A DNA stretch of 64,000 nucleotides. Source: a virus. The DNA is taken from the IMG/VR virus record IMGVR_UViG_3300028196_000009, one strand, 5' to 3'. The notes under the pieces were generated by a model that saw only the letters and a list, made by a program, of their open reading frames with translations, was not told where the DNA came from and ran no database searches. A program made the position numbers and the translations under genes. Numbering within the stretch: the stretch's first letter is position 1; every line of letters begins with the position of its first letter. This document shows positions 10,713 to 18,742 of the stretch, piece after piece.

Positions 10713-11338
10713 AAATTTTTATTGGGTATGAATCAGCATACCCTGAAATGTTTGATGTATGCAAAAAAAGCATACTTCGTTACAATTCTAGTCATGAAAT
10801 CATACCACTCAAAAAATCGGAAATATCCGAATATACTCGTCCTTTTCAGAACGAGAGTACAGAGTTTGCCTTTACTCGTTTTCTAGTACCACAGCTCTGT
10901 GACTACGAAGGCGAAGCTTTATTCTGTGATGGAGATTTCTTATGGCTCTGTGACCCTGAAGAAGTTATGGATTATTTTTCCGATGAACATACAGTTCATG
11001 TGGTAAAACATCCTAATTTTCTCGTTCAAAGTAAAAAAATGAAAGGCAAGAAAAATCATAGTTACCCTAGAAAGTACTGGTCTAGTCTTATGCTTTTTAA
11101 TAATCCTAAGTGTACAGAACTTACTTATGATTATATAAACCAAGCCCCAGCGGGTGCATTGCATGAGTTACGATGGGCAGATAGTATAGGGGGAATTCCT
11201 GCGCAATATAATGCAATGGTAAATTATTACAAATTCAAGAAACCAAAAGCACTACACTTTACAGATGGTGGGCCTTGGTTAAATATAAACGAATGTTCGG
11301 AGATGACAGCAAAATGGGTAGAACTTTACAAGATTTAA
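10709..11338 (+). CDS. GT8-like phage glycosyltransferase
   Basis: KIFIGY, STEFAFTRFLVP, ALFCDGDFL, RKYWSSLMLFN, LHFTDGGPW. Confidence 0.85.
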   Translation: MKIFIGYESAYPEMFDVCKKSILRYNSSHEIIPLKKSEISEYTRPFQNESTEFAFTRFLVPQLCDYEGEALFCDGDFLWLCDPEEVMDYFSDEHTVHVVKHPNFLVQSKKMKGKKNHSYPRKYWSSLMLFNNPKCTELTYDYINQAPAGALHELRWADSIGGIPAQYNAMVNYYKFKKPKALHFTDGGPWLNINECSEMTAKWVELYKI

Positions 11339-11976
11339 CAGAAAATAAAAACATAGTACTTGTGGGAAATTCAGTCGAAATTCTACAGTATGATTTGGGA
11401 GAATACATAGAGAGTTTTGATACAGTTGTGCGATTTGGAAAAGGAGTGCCTGAAGATAAATTGCAACAACATATAGGAAAACGTACAGACATATGGGTTA
11501 CGGGCTGGTTACGAATGAACTTTCATCCTGCGTTTAAAGACGCTTATCCTCTGTTTAATCGCTGTCGTATACACCTCGACAAATACCCAGACCATAGAGG
11601 TCCGCCTCCTTGGGGACATGATAACGATATGTTTAATGATGAGGAGTTAATGAAAATATTTGAATTGGTGGGAGCAAAGAACGGAGTAGCACCTGGTGGG
11701 GGTAGACCGAGTGCAGGTTTTCTTGGTATATTGTTTTTCTTGCAGAAGTGCAAATGTAAGAGTATAACTTTGGTTGGTTTTGATTTCTTTGCTAAGAAGT
11801 TACCAATTAAAACAGGAGGAGATTATCCATCAAGTTGGCATATGCCAGTAAATTCAACAAGTAAAAGTCCTCACAATCCTAATGAAGCTAAACTAGTTAA
11901 AAAGTGGGAACAAAAAGGTAAACTACATTGGAAAATTCTTTCCGACCTAAATGACGAAATGTTAAAGTTTTCCTAA
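11314..11976 (+). CDS. GT29 (sialyltransferase-like) protein
   Basis: Sialylmotif L-like VLVGNS..GEYIESFDTVVRF..GKRTD; S-like PSAGFLGI..CKSITLVGFDFF; VS-like H...E. Confidence 0.75.
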   Translation: MGRTLQDLTENKNIVLVGNSVEILQYDLGEYIESFDTVVRFGKGVPEDKLQQHIGKRTDIWVTGWLRMNFHPAFKDAYPLFNRCRIHLDKYPDHRGPPPWGHDNDMFNDEELMKIFELVGAKNGVAPGGGRPSAGFLGILFFLQKCKCKSITLVGFDFFAKKLPIKTGGDYPSSWHMPVNSTSKSPHNPNEAKLVKKWEQKGKLHWKILSDLNDEMLKFS

Positions 11977-12882
11977 TCTATATCCAACTTCTATTAATTT
12001 TCTTGCAGTTTGTTTTTGTCTATTTGTTTTATATGATAAGTTTTCACATACTCGTGCATTCCTAAAGTTAACTGGAATTTTAGGTATAAGTTGAGCATAT
12101 AACTCCCAAGGAGTTGATAGTTGAGTTCCTGTACTTACTTTAGCATACCCATTTGATAGTGACTTTGTCGGTAGTGCTATACTCCACGATTTTCTTAGCA
12201 TCACATTATAATTTATATATTCTTTTGACGGTAGTGCATCCCATTGTATTAATAAGTCACTTTTACCATTCATATATCTAGGAAGTACTCCATGTTCTTT
12301 TTCGTGTAATTTTGTAAAGAAAAACTGATTTGTTGTAGCTAGTACTCTGCTATCATAGTCATTATAGAATCCTCTTGAATAAAATAATTCATTATCATTT
12401 AGATCTTTGAGTAAGTCGTAATTCAACATAAAAAAGTCAGTGTCCCAGTTTGCAGGCATGTCTGCTTTAGCAAAATCTAGTATTCCATAATAAGATGCAA
12501 ATTGCTTGTGTCCAACAAATACTTTCTTTCTAGATAAGTGAGATAGTTTTGTTTGGAAAAAAGATTCTTTTGGTATTTCATCTGCCCATCCACTCTTTAA
12601 AAATATTCTATTGCCACCTGCATAAAGTATTCTTTTGTGTAACCCTTTATCTTTCCAATGTAATCTAAGATGTTGAATAGCTCTAGATGCATAATCTTTT
12701 TTCCAATATGCTTCATATATCCTTACATTTGGAATATTGTCAAATATCCAATTAATTGGTAAGTCGGCATAGTGTTCTTCCTCCACATAGAGATGTAGAC
12801 GATATTCTTCGTCTTTATCAATTAAAGAAGCGATAGTAAAATAACTCCACTCTGGCTTCCATGTATGTACTAATTCAATCAT
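11962..12882 (-). CDS. Divergent GT-A (GT8-like) protein
   Basis: TIASL..RLHLYV, RILYAGG, DFFMLNYDLLK resemble the GT8 layout; canonical DxD not seen. Confidence 0.45.
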   Translation of the reverse strand: MIELVHTWKPEWSYFTIASLIDKDEEYRLHLYVEEEHYADLPINWIFDNIPNVRIYEAYWKKDYASRAIQHLRLHWKDKGLHKRILYAGGNRIFLKSGWADEIPKESFFQTKLSHLSRKKVFVGHKQFASYYGILDFAKADMPANWDTDFFMLNYDLLKDLNDNELFYSRGFYNDYDSRVLATTNQFFFTKLHEKEHGVLPRYMNGKSDLLIQWDALPSKEYINYNVMLRKSWSIALPTKSLSNGYAKVSTGTQLSTPWELYAQLIPKIPVNFRNARVCENLSYKTNRQKQTARKLIEVGYRLGKL

Positions 12883-13757
12883 TTTGTATGTTTCCTATAA
12901 TCCCAAAAATTATTTATATATAAATCTAGTCTTTGTTGTGCATCCTCATCGAATGAAAATATCATTCCTGAGTTCCTTGCTGAGAATATTTTTTCGATTG
13001 CTTTGTACCCATTTGTACTTCCACAAGCATGATAAATACTTTCATATGTTAATAAACTTTTTTCTCTTTCTTTTTTTGAGTAGCTTATCATTCTTAAGTT
13101 TTTCTTAAGTAAGAGTGCGATAAGTCCCATTTCACTATTAGGCATTGTTGCTACATTAGAACACTTCATAAGTAATTCCATGCCTCCACTTCTTTTATCT
13201 AAAACTTTATCTTTTCCGAACTTTCTTTTAAATTTAGCAACCATTAAATCAGTGGTAATTGGATGTGGTTTTATTACATACCCCTCGTCTACACATTGTT
13301 TTATTCTACCCCAATGTACACAAGTTGGTTTAGTTAGTAAGTTTGTTCCTGGAGGAAATACAACTTTATCATATTCTTCTTCAGTATATTTTAAATGATA
13401 TTTATTTCTTAAATTATTTTTAATCTTATCTATTCTAGCAGTATCTATTTCTATATCTGAATCGGCAATTACACGCATCAATTTATCATTTATGAGTACA
13501 GAATTTACTCTTAGATATATACCTGCACCCAAAAAATCTGTATATAACCAACTTCTAATAGTTCTTATTTCGTTAGTGTTAAACCACAAATCATAATCAA
13601 AATTAATACCTTCTCGTTGTTCGGGTATTAATTCTTTCTTCATTCTAGATAACTCATCTAAATCTTCTTTAGGTCTAGTGCAAGATCCTGACTTGTATAT
13701 ATGAGTACTAAAATCTCCTAACTCCTCTACATTAGAGAGAGGGACTAATTTACCCAT
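12879..13757 (-). CDS. GT-B-like, KpsS/KpsC (capsule synthesis)-related protein
   Basis: VVFPPG, YVIKPHP, NSEMGLIALL motifs. Confidence 0.55.
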   Translation of the reverse strand: MGKLVPLSNVEELGDFSTHIYKSGSCTRPKEDLDELSRMKKELIPEQREGINFDYDLWFNTNEIRTIRSWLYTDFLGAGIYLRVNSVLINDKLMRVIADSDIEIDTARIDKIKNNLRNKYHLKYTEEEYDKVVFPPGTNLLTKPTCVHWGRIKQCVDEGYVIKPHPITTDLMVAKFKRKFGKDKVLDKRSGGMELLMKCSNVATMPNSEMGLIALLLKKNLRMISYSKKEREKSLLTYESIYHACGSTNGYKAIEKIFSARNSGMIFSFDEDAQQRLDLYINNFWDYRKHTK

Positions 13758-13917
13758 TTTTTAAATCTCTAATTTGTTTTTTAAGGTCTACTATATGTAC
13801 CTCTTGTTCTTTTAATCTTTCTTCAAATTGATGTATTGAGTCAAAAAGAGCTTGTCCTAAGCTTTCTAATTTATCATTAACAAATCTAGGAGTAATATCC
13901 TTATCTTGTAATTTCAT
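13750..13917 (-). CDS. 55-aa coiled-coil protein directly after the fibre gene (not in ORF track)
   Basis: Manual translation MKLQDKDITPRFVNDKLESLGQALFDSIHQFEERLKEQEVHIVDLKKQIRDLKNG; AGGA RBS. Confidence 0.7.
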   Translation of the reverse strand: MKLQDKDITPRFVNDKLESLGQALFDSIHQFEERLKEQEVHIVDLKKQIRDLKNG

Positions 13918-13938
13918 TGTTTTTCCTTTGGTTAGTTA

Positions 13939-16900
13939 TTATTCTGTCCACTGATTACCATCCCAGTAGGACGCGCTAAACGCATCTGCACTAGATACTT
14001 CGGTGTCGAAGATTGTTCCAGCTGCTGATGCAGTAATTCTTTCAAATACTACAGTTGAAGTATCAAAAGTAGTTGTAGTTGTAGGTGTCGTTGTTCTAGT
14101 TGTATCTGATAGTCTACTTGTTTCAATCGTAGTGGTAGTAGTTCTACCTGTTGGATACGTTGTAGTTCTAGTTGTATTAAATACTGTTGAAGTTGCAAAT
14201 ACAGTAGTTCTAGTCGTGTCTGTAGTCCTTGAAGTATTGAATGTAGATGTAGTACTTCTACTAGTTTCTGTACCTCTACTTGTTAACGAAGCTCTTGATG
14301 TATTAAAGGTAGATACTGTATTCTGTGAAGTAACGGTTCCTCTACTTGTGAGGGATGCTCTAGACGTCTCAAATGTAGAGACTGTATCTCTGACTGTAAC
14401 TGTACCCCTAGTTGTTTCTGATAATCTAGAAGTATTGAATGTAGATATTGTACTTTTTGAAGTAAGTGTATTTTTACTTGTACCTGTCGTAGTATTAGTA
14501 TTGAACGTAGTTGTAGTACTTTTACTTGTACCTGTGCTTCTAGTTGTAAGAGTTCCTTGAGTAGTAGCATATGTTGTTGTAGTTGCTCTACTTGTAATAG
14601 TTGCTCTTGTTGTATCTGTTGCTCTTGTTGTATTAAATACTGTACTTGTAGCTCTACTAGTTTCTGTTGCTCTTGTTGTATCTGATACTCTGGAAGTATT
14701 AAATGTTGTGTCTGTTGCTCTGCTTGTTCCAGTTGTTCTTGTTGTATCTGATAGTCTAGTAGTATTAAATGTTGTGGTTGTACCTCTGTCTGTAACAGTT
14801 CCTCTAGCTGTGTTAAATATTGTAGTTGTAGCTCTGCTTGTACCTGTACTTCTTGAGGATAACCTAGAAGTTTGATACGCTGTTTCAAACGTAGTAGTTC
14901 TGCTAGTATTAGTAGTTTGTGACGTAGTATAACTGGTTGACTGTGCAGTATTACTTGTTCTACTTGTATTAGTACTTTGTGTAGTAGTATAACTGGTTGA
15001 CTGTGCAGTATTACTTGTTCTACTTGTATTAGTACTCTGTGTAGTAGTATAACTGGTTGACTGTGCAGTATTACTTGTTCTACTTGTATTAGTACTCTGT
15101 GTAGTAGTATAACTAGTTGATTGAGTTGTACCTGTTCCTCTACTTGTATTAGTATTTCGTGTAGTGGTAAATGATGTAGCATCTACATAAGAGGTTGTTA
15201 TACTTGTATTGGTACTTCTATTTGTAGTAAATGCTGTGGCATCTACATAAGATGTTGTTATACTCGTATTTGTACTTCTTGTTGTAGCAAATGATGTATT
15301 ATTTGTAAACCCTGTACTTATACTCGTATTGGTATTTCTTGTTGTAGCAAATGATGTATTAGCTGCAAAGGTTGTTGTTATACTTGTGTTGGTACTTCTA
15401 CTTGTAGCAAATGATGTATTAGCTGCAAAGGTTGTTGTTATACTCGTATTGGTACTTCTTGTTGTAGCAAATGATGTATTATCTACATAACCAGTTAATC
15501 TACTTGTATTTGTTGAGTTTGTAAATCCTGTACTATCTACGTATGCTGTTACTCTTGCTGTGTTAGTATTTCTTGTTGTAGCTTGAGAAGTATTATCTGT
15601 GTATGTTGATATTCTACTTGTAGCAGTATTTCTTGTTGTAGCTTGAGAGGTATTATCTGTGTATGCTGTTGTTCTCGCAGTGTTTGTATTTCTTGTTGTA
15701 CCCCTAGTTGTATTATCTGTATACGCAGTTAGTCTACTTGTAGCAGTATTATAAGCTGTACTTCTTGTTGTAGCTGCTAAATCTTCTGTTTGTCTTGTTG
15801 TATTATTTGTAAATGATGTACTTCTTGATGTATTAGTTCCAAATGAAGTTGCATTAGTAAAGCCTGTATTATCTGTGTATGCTGTTGTTCTTGCTGTGTT
15901 AGTAGCAAATGATGTACTTCTAGAAGTATTTGTACCTCTAGCTGTATTAGTAGCAAATGATGTATTATCTGTGTATGTTGTTGTTCTTGCAGTATTTGTA
16001 CTATTAGTAAACCCTGTACTTCTTGACGTATTTGTACCTCTTGCTGTGTTAGTAGCAAATGATGTACTATTTGTAAACCCTGTACTGTTTGTAAAACCAG
16101 TATTCCAACTTGTGTTTGTGTTTCTAGAAGTATTGTTCTGGAATGCTGTATCAGTATTACTTACTGGGTAAGTAGTAGACTCCGCAACTACCTGTACATA
16201 ACCACCACTATAACTAAAGTAAGTGTAGGTAAAAGCAGTTGTTGTTGTTCTTGCAGTATTTGTTAAAAAAGATGTAGAGGCAAATGAACCACTTGCTCTT
16301 ACAGTATTAGTATTTCTCGCAGTATTTGTATTTCTAGCGGTGTTATTTGTAAATCCTGTATTATCTGTGTATGCTGTTGTTCTCGCAGTGTTAGTATTAT
16401 TTGTAAATCCTGTACTTCTTGATGTATTTGTACCTCTTGTGGTATTGTTCGTAAAGCCTGTATTAGCTGCAAAGGTTGTTACTCTAGAGGTGTTATTTGT
16501 AAAGCCAGTACTTCTAGAAGTATTTGTGCCTCTAGCTGTATTAGTGTTTCTACTTGTGTTTGCAGTAAAACCTGTAGCTCTAGCTGTATTAGTAGCAAAT
16601 GAAGTTGCGTATGATGTATTTGTTCCAAACGATGTATTTCTTGTTGTGCTGTTTGTAAACGTTGATGTTCTTGATGTATTAGTAGCGAAAGCTGTATTGT
16701 AAGATGTACTATTTGTAAACCCTGTACTTCTTGATGTATTAGTAGCAAAAGCTGTATTGTAAGATGTACTATTAGTAAACCCTGTACTTCTTGACGTATT
16801 AGTAGCAAAAGCTGTATTGTAAGATGTACTATTCGTGAAGCTTGTACTTCTTGATGTATTTGTGTTTCTTACAGTATTAGTATTTACAGCTGCCAATGCA

Positions 16901-18516
16901 GTGTTTCTACTCGTATTTGTACTTTGAGTAGTAGTATATGATGTATTTACAGCAGCTAACGCAGTGTTTCTACTCGTATTTGTACTTTGAGTAGTATCAT
17001 ATGTAGTATTTACAGCGGCCAGCGCAGTGTTTCTAGAAGTATTTGTACTTTGAGTAGTATTATATGAAGTATTTACAGCAGCTAACGCAGTGTTTCTTAC
17101 AGTATTAGTACTTTGAGTAGTATCATATGAAGTATTTACAGCGGCCAGCGCAGTATTCCTACTTGTATTAGTATTTTGAGTAGTAGTATAATTAGTATTT
17201 ACAGCTGCCAATGCAGTGTTTCTACTCGTATTAGTATTTTGAGTAGTATTATAACTTGTACTTACTACGAAAGTAGATACAGTATCATACGTTGTATCTC
17301 TTGTAGTAGCAAATGATGTGTTGTCTGCATAAGCAGTAACAGTACCAAATGTTGTTGTTCTCGTTGTGGCAAATGATGTATTGTCTGCATAAGCAGTGAC
17401 AGTACCGAATGTTGTTGTTCTTGTTGTAGCAAATGAAGTGTTATCTGCATAAGCAGTAACAGTACCAAATGTTGTTGTTCTTGTTGTAGCAAAAGCTGTA
17501 TTGTTAGTAAACTCACTAAGTCTACTTGTAGATATTACTGTATCAAAGAATGTTGTAAAAGTAGTAGTAGTTTCATACGCAGTTGTTGTAGTTAAATTAG
17601 TCTCAAATGTTGTAGTAGTAGTAAAATCAGTTGTAGTCGTAAGTGTTGTATTAAACGTTGTCGTTGTACTAAAGGTAGTGGTTGTATTATACGCTGTAGT
17701 TGTACTTAAACTAGTCTCAAATACTGTTGTAGTTTCAAAAGTAGTAGTTGTATTAAATGCTGTAGTTGTGCTTTTACTTGTATTAAATGTTGTTGTTGTG
17801 GTAAAAGTAGTAGTTGTATTAAACGCTGTAGTTGTACTAGTATTAGTATCAAATGTTGTAGTTGTGGTAAAAGTAGTAGTTGTATTAAATGCTGTAGTTG
17901 TACCCTGTGTAGTATTATACGTTGTAGTAGTATTAAAAGCAGTAACAGTACTAAATACTGTAGTGGTTGCAATTGTTGTGTTAAATGTTGTGGTTGTATT
18001 AAACGCAGTGGTAGTAGTAAAATCAGTAGTTGTAGTTGTGTTTGTATTAAACGTTGTTGTTGTATTAAACTGCGTTGTAGTTGTAAAATCTGTAACAGTA
18101 GTAATTGTTGTGTTAAACGTTGTGGTTGTATTGAAAGCAGTGGTAGTAGTAAAATCAGTAGTTGTATTTACTGTTGTAGCAAAAACGGTAGTAGTTGCAA
18201 ATGTAGTTACTAAATTAGTTTCAGTACTTCTAGATGTATTAAACTCTGTTACTCTGCTTGTATTATACCCCGATACTGTAGCTACGTCTGTATCAAAAGC
18301 TGTAGTTGTATTGAATGTTGTAACAATGTCATTTGTGTTTGTAGTTCTAACAGTTGCTGTGTTTCTAGCAGTTTCATGAACCGCAGAGAATGGGCCAGCT
18401 AAATTACTGTTATCATTTACATATACTTCATTGACCCTTCGTATTGTTCCGCCATCATTGACTGCAAGGAAGGATATCTGACGTAGTGTACCACTGTCAT
18501 TAACATATATTGCCAT
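13939..18516 (-). CDS. 1525-aa Thr-rich self-complementary repeat protein, putative fold-back fibre
   Basis: Single long ORF in the tail-fibre region; YVNDxGT-type N-terminus, YWDGNQW C-terminus; mirrored repeat blocks around a central aromatic loop. Confidence 0.85.
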   Translation of the reverse strand: MAIYVNDSGTLRQISFLAVNDGGTIRRVNEVYVNDNSNLAGPFSAVHETARNTATVRTTNTNDIVTTFNTTTAFDTDVATVSGYNTSRVTEFNTSRSTETNLVTTFATTTVFATTVNTTTDFTTTTAFNTTTTFNTTITTVTDFTTTTQFNTTTTFNTNTTTTTDFTTTTAFNTTTTFNTTIATTTVFSTVTAFNTTTTYNTTQGTTTAFNTTTTFTTTTTFDTNTSTTTAFNTTTTFTTTTTFNTSKSTTTAFNTTTTFETTTVFETSLSTTTAYNTTTTFSTTTTFNTTLTTTTDFTTTTTFETNLTTTTAYETTTTFTTFFDTVISTSRLSEFTNNTAFATTRTTTFGTVTAYADNTSFATTRTTTFGTVTAYADNTSFATTRTTTFGTVTAYADNTSFATTRDTTYDTVSTFVVSTSYNTTQNTNTSRNTALAAVNTNYTTTQNTNTSRNTALAAVNTSYDTTQSTNTVRNTALAAVNTSYNTTQSTNTSRNTALAAVNTTYDTTQSTNTSRNTALAAVNTSYTTTQSTNTSRNTALAAVNTNTVRNTNTSRSTSFTNSTSYNTAFATNTSRSTGFTNSTSYNTAFATNTSRSTGFTNSTSYNTAFATNTSRTSTFTNSTTRNTSFGTNTSYATSFATNTARATGFTANTSRNTNTARGTNTSRSTGFTNNTSRVTTFAANTGFTNNTTRGTNTSRSTGFTNNTNTARTTAYTDNTGFTNNTARNTNTARNTNTVRASGSFASTSFLTNTARTTTTAFTYTYFSYSGGYVQVVAESTTYPVSNTDTAFQNNTSRNTNTSWNTGFTNSTGFTNSTSFATNTARGTNTSRSTGFTNSTNTARTTTYTDNTSFATNTARGTNTSRSTSFATNTARTTAYTDNTGFTNATSFGTNTSRSTSFTNNTTRQTEDLAATTRSTAYNTATSRLTAYTDNTTRGTTRNTNTARTTAYTDNTSQATTRNTATSRISTYTDNTSQATTRNTNTARVTAYVDSTGFTNSTNTSRLTGYVDNTSFATTRSTNTSITTTFAANTSFATSRSTNTSITTTFAANTSFATTRNTNTSISTGFTNNTSFATTRSTNTSITTSYVDATAFTTNRSTNTSITTSYVDATSFTTTRNTNTSRGTGTTQSTSYTTTQSTNTSRTSNTAQSTSYTTTQSTNTSRTSNTAQSTSYTTTQSTNTSRTSNTAQSTSYTTSQTTNTSRTTTFETAYQTSRLSSRSTGTSRATTTIFNTARGTVTDRGTTTTFNTTRLSDTTRTTGTSRATDTTFNTSRVSDTTRATETSRATSTVFNTTRATDTTRATITSRATTTTYATTQGTLTTRSTGTSKSTTTTFNTNTTTGTSKNTLTSKSTISTFNTSRLSETTRGTVTVRDTVSTFETSRASLTSRGTVTSQNTVSTFNTSRASLTSRGTETSRSTTSTFNTSRTTDTTRTTVFATSTVFNTTRTTTYPTGRTTTTTIETSRLSDTTRTTTPTTTTTFDTSTVVFERITASAAGTIFDTEVSSADAFSASYWDGNQWTE
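14242..18165 (-). repeat. Coding tandem repeats (48/60/63/66-bp units) of the Thr-rich protein
   Basis: Near-identical 60-bp units at about 14930-15120, 16680-16860 and 17310-17490; 63-bp units at about 16880-17250; degenerate 66-bp units at both ends. Confidence 0.9.
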
Positions 18517-18519
18517 ATC

Positions 18520-18741
18520 TTAACTCGAATAAACAAACCATACATGACCGTCACTCGTTCCAGTAGTATTTGTTGGTGCTGTTGTTGTTATTGTAAAAGG
18601 CAATCTAGCTTTTGCTATGATTCCTGAACCAATCTTATTTGTCGCTACTGCTCCCTCAAAGTTTCTACTAGCATCAATTACATCAGTACCATCAATTTTT
18701 AATCCTGCGTCCTCGATATTAAAGTCTAATTTTTGTCCCAT
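18520..18741 (-). CDS. Small fibre-associated/adaptor protein
   Basis: 73 aa ending TTTAPT..DGHVWFVY, a motif common in tail-fibre proteins. Confidence 0.55.
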   Translation of the reverse strand: MGQKLDFNIEDAGLKIDGTDVIDASRNFEGAVATNKIGSGIIAKARLPFTITTTAPTNTTGTSDGHVWFVYSS

Positions 18742-18742
18742 G

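Noticed and set aside
14930-17490. Regular 60-63-bp repeats resembling a CRISPR array
   Set aside because: Contiguous in-frame coding units with no unique spacers and no cas genes
14242-18165. Ice-binding function for the Thr-x-Thr face
   Set aside because: TxT ladders resemble insect antifreeze proteins, but nothing else supports it; tail-module context and the pairing code explain the pattern, so it stays an untested alternative
14003-18379. Long poly-Val and Leu/Gln-rich alternative ORFs over the Thr-rich gene
   Set aside because: Shadows of ACN-rich codons on the antisense strand and in shifted frames; no RBS or independent features
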